From NCBI GenBank assembly GCA_040285855.1, contig JAUFOQ010000004.1:2046001-2110000 (forward strand): a stretch of 64,000 nt of DNA. Reading direction: 5' to 3'. A program made the translations under genes and the position numbers. The notes below the pieces were generated by a model that saw only the letters and a program-made list of their open reading frames with translations, was not told the origin of the DNA and ran no database searches. Positions 37,146 through 48,337 of this stretch are shown here, in pieces; positions within the stretch are counted from its first letter, which is position 1; each line of letters begins with the position of its first letter. The DNA is from Eukaryota sp. GEM-RC1 (Eukaryota).

Positions 37146-37697
37146 TTAATAACAGACTCTACTCTTGTGTAATGATTCTAATGACTTTTTTGTTTGTCTG
37201 TTGATTGAGTTCCTACATTGAAAGACCACCTTAAGAGACGAATTCACCTTTAAAGCTTCAGCAATTGCAATTGCACCTTCATTACCAATTGAGTTTTTCA
37301 TTAGATCGATCCTAGAAACAGAAGAATTCACCTTTAAAGCTTCCGCAATTGCAATAGCACCTTCATTACCAATTGAGTTGGCATGTAGATAGATCCCAGA
37401 AACAGACGAATTCACCTTTAAAGCTTCCGCAATTGCAATAGCGCCTTGAGAACCAACTGAGTTGTAACCTAGTTCGATCATAGAAACCTCATTTCTCACC
37501 ACTTGATCACAACAATTCTTCAACTCAGAGCTCAGTTTGTTCCAGTCAATAGAATCAGTGGAATAGTCAGGCAGAAGTTCTTCATTTGAAGAAGAGTTAA
37601 TGGAAGATTGGGTTTCCAGAGGGGTGGAAGTAGCGGTTAGGAACTCTTGCCTAACCTTTGGTTTGAATACGGGTAATGCTAACTTTGCATCGTTCAT
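37146..37697 (-). CDS. Diverged N-terminally truncated LRR paralog, 4 strands
   Basis: MNDAK..PVFKPKV..QSSINSSSNEELL aligns with the gene A linker; same LRR scaffold; no RING or B-box upstream. Confidence 0.7.
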   Translation of the reverse strand: MNDAKLALPVFKPKVRQEFLTATSTPLETQSSINSSSNEELLPDYSTDSIDWNKLSSELKNCCDQVVRNEVSMIELGYNSVGSQGAIAIAEALKVNSSVSGIYLHANSIGNEGAIAIAEALKVNSSVSRIDLMKNSIGNEGAIAIAEALKVNSSLKVVFQCRNSINRQTKKSLESLHKSRVCY

Positions 37698-37769
37698 AAG
37701 GCAGGAGAATCAAAGAAGGTGTCCATCATGTAAATCCTCCACTACTATCAAACTTACTCAGCATCATAT

Positions 37770-39255
37770 ATGGGCACCACCCACTCTTCACGAAAAAAAG
37801 TTCACCGTGAAATGCCACCACATTATCTCTGCGACCTGTGTCATGAAACTCTCAAGAATCCTGTAACAACTTGCTGTGGCCACACCTTCTGCAGAGCCCA
37901 ACTTGAGGGATGGCTTCTCTCACATGATGATTGTCCAGTCTGTAGGTCCGAGGTGGACAAGACAAAACTTTGTCTCAACTACACGTTAAAAGATTCCATT
38001 GAAGAATTCGTTGTTGGTCTAGCAGAATCTACCTGTTATGAATGTCAAGAAGCTTCCACGACCTGTTATTGTGCTGATTGTGATACTAAACTGTGCGTCC
38101 AATGTTTCCAAAACCACACATCGTCTAAAGTTGTTCCGATCCCATGTTGCAATTCCTTTAGATAACAAACGCGCCTTTGTGGCTAAATGTCAAGGTGAAA
38201 AGACCACTTTACCCACCAAATCTGTTGAAGTTGAAGAGCAAGTTGAAGAGAAGAAACTTGGAATTGACTGGAGCAAGCTTAGTGCCAAGTTGAAGAGTTG
38301 TTATGATCAGATGGTGAGAAATGAGGTTTCTGAGATCGATCTAGAGAAAAACTCAATTGATTATGAAGGCGCTATTGCAATTGCAGAAGCTTTAAAGGTG
38401 AATTCGTCTGTTTTTACAATCTATCTAAATAACAACTCAATTGATAATGAAGGTGCTATTGCAATTGCAGAAGCTTTAAAGGTGAATTCATCTGTTTCTA
38501 CGATCGATCTGCGTAAGAACTCAATTGGTCCTAAAGGCGCTATTGCAATTGCAGAAGCTTTAAAAGTAAATTCATCTGTTTCTGAGATCGATTTAGAGTA
38601 CAACACAATTGGTCCTGAAGGCGCTATTGCAATTGCACAAACTTTTAAGGTGAGTTCGTCTGTTCATATGTTCTATCTAGGTAACAACTCAATTGGTAAT
38701 GAAGGCGCTATTGCAATTGCAGATGTTTTAAAGGTGAATTCGTATGTTTCTGAGATCTATTTAGGTAACAACTCAATTGGTCCTGAAGGCGCTATTGCAA
38801 TTGCAGAAGCTTTAAAGGTGAATTCGTCCGTTCATAAGATCTATCTAGATGACAACTCAATTGGTAATGAAGGTGCTATTGCAATTGCAGAAGCTTTAAA
38901 GGTGAATTCGTCCGTTTATAAGATCTATTTAGGTAACAACTCAATTGGTTATGAAGGCGCTATTGCAATTGTAGAGGCTTTAAAGGTGAATTCATCTGTT
39001 TCTACATTCCATCTAGATAACAACTCAATTGGTAATGAAGGTGCTATTGCAATTGCAGAAGTCTTAAAAGTGAATTCGTCTGTTTCTACAATCTATTTAG
39101 ATAACAACTCAATTGGTAATGAAGGTGCTATTGCAATTGCTGAAGCTTTAAAGGTGAATTCGTCCGTTTCTACAATCTATTTAGGTAACAACTCAATCAA
39201 CAGTCAAACACAACAGTCATTAAAATCACTACACAAGAATAGATTCTATTTCTAA
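37770..39255 (+). CDS. RING/B-box/LRR paralog, 11 strands; +1 frameshift near 38108
   Basis: ORFs 37770-38165 and 38038-39255 overlap. The paralog at 27.8 kb reads ttcaaaacc where this copy reads ttccaaaacc. Lacks B-box2 and coiled coil. Confidence 0.8.
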
Positions 39256-39654
39256 ACATAGATTATTTTGATATATTCGACATTTTTTACTGTACAAGGA
39301 GTGAAAACCATAAACTTTAGGATTCTGAAACACCGTTAGTGTTGTTTGTATCATTGTTTGATAAAAAGGAGCACCCTTTTCACGACATTATCACCAAAGT
39401 TGAATTTAAACTATGATCTTTTGATTACCGATTAATTATGAACGTATAAAAACATATTCTATCCAGCCGATGATCAAATCTGTTTGAATTAGGCCAATCT
39501 TTACTTAATGATCAGGTTTTGTTTACAGTGAAGTTGCAAAACCCGGTACTAAAAGACATAGATAATTTACACTTAGAGTACCATTGTAACATTTGTAGTT
39601 ACAAATGGAGTTTCTTAATCATCTATCAATCATTTGTTTTGGTTGAGTTGGTTT

Positions 39655-39800
39655 CGGTTTGCGCTTATTTCAACTCGACTTTTGGTAAGTTGTTTGGTGA
39701 GGACAGAAGGATCATATTTCAGATACTCCAGTTTGTTTCGTTTGGTTATCATTTCTCTAAAAACGTATAATTCACTGTATTGATCATAAACCCGGTATTT
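39655..39800 (+). mobile_element. Short degenerate 3' end of the RLE non-LTR retrotransposon
   Basis: YFNSTFGKLFGED resembles YFNSILGKLFGDG at 63367; tail tgatcataaaccc is shared. Confidence 0.65.
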
Positions 39801-41243
39801 CAGGATGTCGTGTCAATACAAGGAATTTATATTTAGAAGAATTTATACACATATAAAAAATTCATTGGGTTCAGATACTTGTTTGCACTTGCCTTTGACT
39901 GTTAAATGATACCTTCAATTATGGTCCAAACATGCGCTTATCTGCGATCGAAAATTTTAAATCAGAGTCAATACAATGTTTTTGAGACGAATAGAGATCA
40001 TAAATGGACGAATTAAACAAGATTTATGAGACGCCACAGTTTAGTTGAGTGATGATGAATCGATGAACTGAATGTGAGTTTTTATGTCAATGAATGTTGA
40101 TTTAAGGTTATTGAATTTTAGTTTTTGATTTATCTTACTGATTTCAAAAAAACGGGGTTTATGATCAGTCAGTGAAATAAATGCATTTGCAGAAATTAAT
40201 AACTAACAGACACTAACTAAAGTATCTAAACTATGATCCTTCTGTCCATCACCGAACAACTTACCTAAAATTGAATTAAAATATCTGTGCATTGAACGAA
40301 ACAACGCAAACGTTAACCTACTCAACCAAAAATTTCCATTGAAAGCTTTAATATACTCAGAACACAATTTACCAAAGGAAGTTAAAAAACCTTGTGCAGC
40401 TGGTCCAATAATACCGTATATCGACATCGCAAAAGGTTGAAACACAAAAGAATTGTACCTGTCAACATTCAATTGGTTAATTAAGTGACAGTACTTTGTA
40501 TTTTTTCCTTTTTCAGCCACTTCAAGAGCAGAAAAATCATCATCAAAAATTTTGGAAATTGATCTTGAATTACAAGGATCAACAGTCGTGAAATCCATAA
40601 TAATTTCCTGACAAAATAACCAAGGACCAATCAAATCACCACGACTTCTATCAATTTTTGGCTGATCAGAAAGATTAGCAAGTAAAGGTTCAATTTTTCC
40701 ATGAAAACCATTAGCCTTAAACATATCCAAACATGTATCCCAAATAATGTTGTGGATTATTGATCGAAAATGAATAAATTGATGGCAGTTAACTAAATGA
40801 TGAAAATTTGAAGCCTTGGAACGACCACACAGACATGGAGAATGCTTCAAAAGACCTGAAGGCCATAAACCTAACCTAAGTATCATGTTTATAGGCCATT
40901 CATGATCCTTAAGATTAAAACAAAATTTTCTTGGCAAACGAGAAACAAATGAAGACGCAGCGCTTGAAGAAATATCATTCAAAAATGCACAAAAAGCGGG
41001 ACTCTTAGTCTTAGCCAAGCTAATACGGTTTTTGAAGTCCAAGCTTTCGTGAAACAAAACAAACTTCTTCTGTAACTTGCGAACACACAAAGGCAAAGAG
41101 AAAATGCTTCTCTGCTGAATTTCTGTGACCCCAACAGGAAATAACTCTGACCACAAATTGGAGTCAAGACTATCAGCTAAATTTTGAAGACTAATTAACC
41201 ATGCACAAGGTGAGTGAAGTAAAAAATCTTTCGTTTTCCATAA

Positions 41244-42333
41244 TGTTAGTGAAGATAACGATACCTAGTAGATATCTTCACCTCTGATGACGTGGCATCT
41301 ATTCTTAAGGATCTCTAGCAACAATAAACTCTTCTTCTTTCCATTTGTATCAACGTTGACCTTACAGCAACAATAATTATTGGCCCTCACTGCAGATGTT
41401 TTCTACCCGCGTAGTTCTCCCCTCACTTTCTTCCATGAAAGTAGAAGACGTACTCCTGTTCCTACAACAGTGGAAAGTGTACTCTTCCGTCACCCCGAAA
41501 AAGGACCTTGTTCCGCCAAGGCTCCTCATCGACCCCTTCTTACTAGAGTCTTTGATTCTTACTAAGCCTGGGGTTGATGCCTCTGAAGAGGTTTTCTTGG
41601 ATCACCTGAGATCCACCACCTCGTTCTCGACGTACGAGGAATTCCACTCTGCGATATCTGAGATTAGAGTTGATGTCCGAGAAGGCGATGTCCGTGAACG
41701 AATGTCGGGCTACCTGAGGCGTTTCCTTCAGGCGAAAAGCCGGGCTTCCGGACTGAAGTTGCCTGACTCAGCTTTTATGACACGATTTGCCAAGGGGATC
41801 CTTCCCATGGGCTTGCAAAAATCGTTGATAGCTCGGATCCGCGATGAGGTCTTCCCTGACTTCTCTACCTTAGTAGATACTGCAACGGATGAGTTGCTTG
41901 ATTGTTCCAGAGTAGCCTCATGGAATAAGTCTACAAGGATTCCTGCCGAAAACTGCGATCCCTCCCGTCAAGTTGGCACGAAGTCTCGTTCTTCGGATAG
42001 ATCTCGCAATCTGGCTAATGGTACTTGTTTTAAGTGCCATCAGAATGGCCATTTGGCTCGCGATTGTCCTTCCAAGGTAAAACACGAAGTTCACTTCCTG
42101 TCTCATGCAAATGACTCGTATCCAGGTCCCAAGCATTTGTTGAACCCCCTTTCTGAGTTCAAATAAGTTCTCTGCACAGCTTCAAAAGAAATGGGAAAAT
42201 GTAGTGTTAGTGAAGATAACGATACCTAGTAGAAATCTTCACCTCTGATGACGTGGCATCTATTCTTAAGGATCTCTAGCAACAATAAACTCTTCTTCTT
42301 TCCATTTGTATCAACGTTGACCTTACGGCAACA
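41244..42333 (+). mobile_element. Gag-only non-autonomous LTR retrotransposon (1.09 kb)
   Basis: 129-bp LTRs 41244-41372 and 42205-42333 (TGTT...AACA, two mismatches seen); ATAA target duplication inferred from the empty site near 62410-62425; purine tract before the 3' LTR. Confidence 0.92.
41396..42166 (+). CDS. Retrotransposon Gag-like protein with CCHC zinc knuckle
   Basis: 256-aa ORF between the LTRs containing CFKCHQNGHLARDC. Confidence 0.85.
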   Translation: MFSTRVVLPSLSSMKVEDVLLFLQQWKVYSSVTPKKDLVPPRLLIDPFLLESLILTKPGVDASEEVFLDHLRSTTSFSTYEEFHSAISEIRVDVREGDVRERMSGYLRRFLQAKSRASGLKLPDSAFMTRFAKGILPMGLQKSLIARIRDEVFPDFSTLVDTATDELLDCSRVASWNKSTRIPAENCDPSRQVGTKSRSSDRSRNLANGTCFKCHQNGHLARDCPSKVKHEVHFLSHANDSYPGPKHLLNPLSEFK

Positions 42334-42937
42334 ATAACACAGGATAACGATTCTGAAATTCAAACAAAAAATTCTTTAAAGACCCCAAAAAGGCACCATC
42401 ACGCATGTACTTAGCTTTGATGAATCCAATACCACCAAAAGAAGTAGAAGTGAAACAATGAGAAGGAAGTGAAGAGTCTTTGTTACCAACCAGATAACTA
42501 ACAAAATTTGTGCGCAATGAATTAAAATTACGAGATAATTCGAGAGTTAGTTCAGGTGGTAAACCACGTAAAAAGCGATTAATTTTACCACCAAAACAAA
42601 CTTGCAGCATAGCAAAAGAAACTTGTTTGCCTACATCTAGACCAACGATTTGGTTAAGCTGCTGAAAGATACAATTATTCTTATGTGATAAAGTCTCCTT
42701 AATTTTGTCATCATTACCAATATAATTGCCCAAAAACTTGACACATTCATCTGAATAATTGACAAACGGAATGGAAGATTCCCCAAAATTCAACTGAAGA
42801 GCGACTAACTGATTTCATACTCTGAACCAAGATAATTTAGTCGGCATCTCAAATGGACCATTGCCACAAATATAAGAATTTGTAAAAACAAATTAAATCT
42901 GCTCTGAACTAAGTAACAATTGTAGTCTTAATTGATG

Positions 42938-43037
42938 TATCTTTGAGGTCCTAATACAAGCAAGGTTCTAATACAAGCATAGTAGAGGGTATGCTCGTAT
43001 GATATTCAAGGTTGCTTGTATTGGGACCCCGACGATA
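42938..43037. mobile_element. Very small MITE-like inverted repeat
   Basis: GGTCCTAATACAAGCAA is inverted with TTGCTTGTATTGGGACC (one mismatch); internal direct repeat ctaatacaagca. Confidence 0.5.
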
Positions 43038-43689
43038 GAATTAAGAAGTGGTTTCGTAATGCTTGTTAAAATTATTACTGAAACAGGCTAACCATAGATT
43101 GAAATTATGAGCTGGAAAAACAATTACTGTATTTTTACTGTTACAAGCATAATTGCATTATGTTGAAACCAACAGTTATTATACCCACACAAAATCCATT
43201 TTTGGCAAGCTACCTAAAATACACTATCTTACGTGTCCAACTCAGTTGAATTGGAATTCAACAGATGTTGTTTCTTCCTTGATATCAGCGAGCTCTGAAA
43301 ACTCCTAAATTGATGTGTATAACCAAAGGTAAGACTGGTTGCATTCTATAATAGATGTATTATTTCTATAAGTATGGTGAGGAAGAGATTATTATTATAA
43401 CAAATTTTTATAGAAAAATTGTGTAATTTCAAGCTACGCTTCCAACAGTGAGTGGTTCAGTCGTTATTGACATTAACATGACACGCATTGTTGATGATCA
43501 ATAAGCTTCTTCTGTTAGATATAGGATCTGCGAAAATATTTCATTATTCAGCTTGCTCTTCTGGAGCTAAAGGTCTTCCTGATCATTTAATACATTGTTA
43601 TTCAGTGATTACTAATTCTTTAATAAAAAATTGGATTTGTGCCACCACATATGGACTCCCACCACATATCAACTATTAAAAAGTCTGCT

Positions 43690-44644
43690 CACAAAATTAG
43701 AACATTATGACTTTTTTTCTCCCTTTATGTGTGGTCAAACTTCAAAATACGCTTTGAAGGCATTTGAAAACCTGGATTTTGAAAATCGTTTTAGTGTTAC
43801 TAAAATTAATAATCCCGTTTATGCTGCTTTCTTAAATGATATTAAGAATTCAACTTGTTCGATCACTCAACAACCACGTCCTTTTGGTTTGCATTTGTCT
43901 GATGAGGCTTGGAAATTAAATATGCGATTGCGTTTAGGTTTGTTTTCAGCAGAATTGCTGGACAATTCTGAATGCGTTTGTAGTCATCGTCGCATTGCAC
44001 CTTTTTGACAATTAATTAATTGCCCCAAATTAATTCAATTTCGCTCAGTTCTTCATCATGCTGTAAGAGATGTTACATTTGAAATGTTTAAGGCTCATGG
44101 ATTTCATGCCAAAGTTGAACCTTTATTTAGAAAGTTGGGTCTTGATTTAATGAATAATTCTCGTCGAGGTGACTTACATGGTCCTTTTGTTGATTCTAGT
44201 CAAATTGTCCTTGATGTTACAACAGTTGATCCATGTGCTCAAACTTATGTTAATGGCTTGAATTCAAAAGGTTTTAATTACCTAGAAACAGCTGAAAAAC
44301 GTAAAATTGATTTGTATTCCAAAGATGATGCTAAACTCAATCAAAATTTATATTCAAAATTTATATTTGTTCCATTTGTAATTTCTATTTTTGGTAGTAT
44401 TGGTGAAATGGCTTCTAAGTTTTTGACTGATTTTGGATCTATGTGTAAGTCTCAGAATAAGACATTTAACTTATCAATTTGGCATAACCGTTTGATTTTT
44501 TCTTTGTTCCGTTCGGTGCCTAAGTTTTTTAAATCAATTTCACAAAGTTGTATAAAAACTGTGTTACTGTTGACGAGGAATTTTCGGTGTCTAGTGTTTC
44601 ATAGCTTTTGTTATGATATGTATTTTTGTACCCTCCATCAATAA
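43690..44644 (+). mobile_element. Second family of RLE non-LTR retrotransposon, C-terminal fragment (disrupted)
   Basis: WKLNMRLRLG..CVCSH, then RRGDL..IVLDVTTVDP..AEKRKIDLY..FVPFVISIFG; homologous to but diverged from 40203-41156. Confidence 0.85.
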
Positions 44645-45474
44645 ACTGTATTGTAAATGATGACTAAACACAACGACATGTTACAACAATCATATCAGAG
44701 TAAAGCAATAAATTTGACAACAAAACGATGACATATGCATGAGTATGATGTACCAATGTAACGAAAAATTTGATTAGATTTTAAAAATTTGAAAGATTAT
44801 CTGAAGACGAACACAAAGAAATAACATGACCAGTCTAGGTGTTCCTCAACAGTCGAGAACTCACAACTTTTCTCTAACTGGGATTTATTGAACTCAAAAC
44901 ATAACTATCAATAAAACTTCTAAAAACTGATGACATCGTTTAATTCAAAGAAGTGATATGTGAATCACGTCTGGAATCATATGTTCCAAAAATCTAACTT
45001 TTAGAACTGAGTCTGATGATCAAATAAAGCCAATCACAGAACCTTGAAAAAATAAACACATCAGTGGGAATATCTATAGCCGCACTCCATCAAGAGCTGA
45101 CCTCCTAGATGCTATCGGACAAGGTAAAGTGGAAGGAAAAACAGGTTCTGGAAAGGAAGCAGTGGAGATTGTAGTTTCCCTCCCCAAATACAGATACAGT
45201 TGATTCCTGCAGACATGATTAAGGTGACGTGGGGATCATTAAGAACATGAAGAGTAGTCGAGGGGTTCGAGAGAAAAGAAGAAGACGTATTAGATATATT
45301 AGGAAGGACTTGAGTATTCTACAGGAAGCATTTTGATTTAAGTAAATAGCAGTATGCAAAGTAAGATTCGATTTGCCGTAGCGATGTTCTGAAGTCGAAG
45401 TGTTTGATAGAAGACATAAATTTCATAGGTTATGTGATAATGAAGCCAACCAAGTGAAGTTTTTTCTTCTTGAA

Positions 45475-46566
45475 ATGTCTCACAATCTGTGTTACACTTC
45501 TCATGATTGTGATTGCTCTGATTTACGCAAATCTGCTGAAAGTGTATCTGCTCTCCAGCAGGTTGAACTTGTTATTGACTGGACCAATATGAGTCCCAAG
45601 TTGAAGAAGTGTTATGATCAGATGGTGCGAAATGAGGTTTCTAGGGTCTTTCTACAGATGATCTCAATTGGTAATGAAGGCGCTATGGCAATTGCTGAAG
45701 CTTTAAAGGTGAACGCCTCTGTTTCTTTGATCTATCTACAGAACAACTCAATTGGTAATGAAGGCGCTATGGCAATTGCTGAAGCTTTAAAGGTGAACGC
45801 GTCTGTTTCTACGATCTATCTAGATAACAACTCAATTGGTAATGAAGGCGCTATGGCAATTGCTGAAGCTTTAAAGGTGAACGCGTCTGTTTCTACGATC
45901 GGTCTACAGACTAACTCAATTGGTAATGAAGGCGCTACTGAAATTGCTGAAGCTTTAAAGGTGAATTCGTCTGTTTCTGAAATCAATCTACGTAACAATT
46001 TAATTGGTCCTGAAGGTGCTACTGCAATCGCCGATGCTTTAAAGGTGAATTCGTCAGTATCTAGGATCGATCTTTACAACAACTCAATTGGTCCTGAAGG
46101 CGCTATTGCAATCGCAGAAGCTTTGAAGGTGAATTCGTCTGTTTCCCAGATCTACCTAAGTAACAACTCAATTGTTAATGAAGGCGCTATTGCAATCGCA
46201 GAAGCTTTGAAGGTGAATTCGTCTGTTTCCCAGATCTACCTAAGTAACAACTCAATTGGCCCTGAAGGTGCTATTGCAATCGCAGAAGCTTTGAAGGTGA
46301 ATTCTTCTGTTTCTTTGATCGATCTCAATACCAACTCAATTGGCCCTGAAGGTGCTATTGCAATCGCAGAAGCTTTGAAGGTGAATTCTTCTGTTTCTTC
46401 GATCGATCTACAGTACAACTCAATTGGCCCTGAAGGTGCTATTGCAATCGCCGAAGCTTTAATGGTGAATTCTTCTGTTTCTGAGATCTTTCTATATAAG
46501 AACTCAATCAACAAGCAAACACGGCAGTCTTTAAAATCATTACACAAGAATAGAATCATTTTCTAA
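45475..46566 (+). CDS. LRR paralog with in-frame loss of RING/B-box region, 11 strands
   Basis: ATG at 45475 (MSHNLC, cf. MSHYLC) joins almost directly to KSAESVS..VIDW; open frame to KNRIIF. Confidence 0.8.
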   Translation: MSHNLCYTSHDCDCSDLRKSAESVSALQQVELVIDWTNMSPKLKKCYDQMVRNEVSRVFLQMISIGNEGAMAIAEALKVNASVSLIYLQNNSIGNEGAMAIAEALKVNASVSTIYLDNNSIGNEGAMAIAEALKVNASVSTIGLQTNSIGNEGATEIAEALKVNSSVSEINLRNNLIGPEGATAIADALKVNSSVSRIDLYNNSIGPEGAIAIAEALKVNSSVSQIYLSNNSIVNEGAIAIAEALKVNSSVSQIYLSNNSIGPEGAIAIAEALKVNSSVSLIDLNTNSIGPEGAIAIAEALKVNSSVSSIDLQYNSIGPEGAIAIAEALMVNSSVSEIFLYKNSINKQTRQSLKSLHKNRIIF

Positions 46567-46889
46567 AATGCATTCCTTAGATAAAAACATTATTTTTTCA
46601 ATAATCATCTTATAGACCACATATCTAAAATGGATGAACTGATGACAGTTCACCAGATGATGAAAATTGGAAGATGATGAGCGACCACAAGGACATGGAG
46701 GCCCGAAGGTCATAAAACTAACCTAAGACACAATGTCTTACTATTGTTTGTTTGTTTTTGTAAATTTAGATTTTTGAGGGAAAGTACAATGTATCCTGTA
46801 TAAGTTTTGAACACCGTGGTGTTTCAAAAAGAAATAATTCATGATCATTGAAAGAAGATGATCTTTAGCACTAAAAAATATATGTGTAG

Positions 46890-48012
46890 AAATAAACTCT
46901 ATGGTTGTGTAATTATTTTAATGACTGTTGTGTTTCACTGTTGATTGAGTTGTCGCTTAGATCAATCTCAGCACCAGACAAATTCACCTTTAAAGCCCCT
47001 GCGATTGCAATAGCACCTTCATTACCGATTGAGTTGCCACTCAGATCAATCTCAGCAACAGAGGAAGTCACCTTTAAAGCTTCTACAATAGCAATAGCGC
47101 CTTCATTACCGATTGAGTTGCCACTCAGATTGATCACAGAAACAACCGAATTCACCTTTAAAGCTTCGGCAACTGCAATAGCACCTTCATTAGCGATTGA
47201 GTTGCCACTCAGCTTGATCTCAACAACAGACGAATTCACCTTTAAAGCTTCGGCAATTGCTATAGCGCCTTCATTAGCGATTGAGTTGCCACTCAGATTG
47301 ATCTCAACAACAGACGAATTCACCTTTAAAGCTTCAGCAATTGCAATAGCACCTTCACTACCAATTGAGTTGACATGTAGATCGATCCAATAAATAGACG
47401 AATTCATCTTTAAAGCTTCGGCAATTGCTATAGCACCTTCACTACCAATTGAGTTGACACGTAGATCGATCCAATAAATAGACGAATTCATCTTCAAAGC
47501 TTCTGCAATTTCAATAGCGCCTTCAGGACCAAGTATGTTGTGATGTAGATCGATCGAAGTAACAGACGAATTCACCTTTAAAGCTTCGGCAATTGCAATA
47601 GCACCTTCAGGACCAATTGAGTTCATACCTAGATTTATAGAAGAAACTGCATTTCTCACCATCTGATCATAACAATTCTTCATCTCAGAGCTCAGTTTAC
47701 TCCAGTCAATGACAAGTTTCTTCTCTTCAACTTTCTGGACAGGAGAAAATATAGATTCTTCTTGACAAGTAACGACGGCCTCGATGGCTTCCTTCAACTT
47801 GAAGTTTGGGTATAACCTAGACTTTTCCACTTTAGCTCTACAGACAGGGCAATTATCATGGGAGAGGAGCCATTCCTCAAGTTCTATCTTACAGAAGGTG
47901 TGACCACACAAATTGTTACAGGATTCTTGAGAATTTCATGACATATTTCGCAAAGGTAATGACGGTGTACTTCATGGTGACTTTTCTTTCGAGAGGAGTG
48001 AACGGTGCCCAT
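46890..48012 (-). pseudogene. RING/LRR paralog without B-boxes, 9 strands; frameshift near 47912 and TAA near the C-terminus
   Basis: HYLCEICHEILKNPVT and CGHTFC..CPVCR are in different frames. SLK*LHNHRVYF versus family SLKSLHKNRIYF. Confidence 0.8.
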
Positions 48013-48216
48013 GAATTGATGATGATTCAAATTCATAACCTGTTCCAAGAAGAAATCATGGTTTGTAATTGAACAGATTTTCATCCTCCAGATTCTCAAT
48101 TTTAGTAATTCGAGTAGCGTAGTTTAAATGATGGTCCAAATTTTCATACAAAATACGTTGAATTCAACGTATATAAATTATAAGGTGTAGTAATTATTAT
48201 AATATATACTGTGTTA

Positions 48217-48337
48217 TAGTTGGGACGAACTCTGGACTTGTTCATTTAAGCACGACAGATCGGACACACATCAATCATGGATACAAGCCACTTCTGAAAG
48301 ACTGATATACATAAGAAAAGGTCGCACCAAGTCGTCA
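48217..48337 (-). pseudogene. Degenerate RING-coding remnant of the same family
   Basis: gacttg..cagatcggacac..acaagccact..caccaagt is colinear with 4745-4860. Confidence 0.65.

Larger units (their letters stand above)
40146..42800 (-). mobile_element. 5'-truncated non-LTR retrotransposon with restriction-like endonuclease (CRE/R2-group-like), interrupted by an LTR element
   Basis: 42323-42793 carries the end of the RT domain (VKFLGNYIG). 40203-41156 carries CLCG..HHLVNC and RGDL..IIMDFTTVDP..AEKGK..KY..FQPFAMSIYG. An uninterrupted sibling lies at 62136-63505. Confidence 0.88.
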
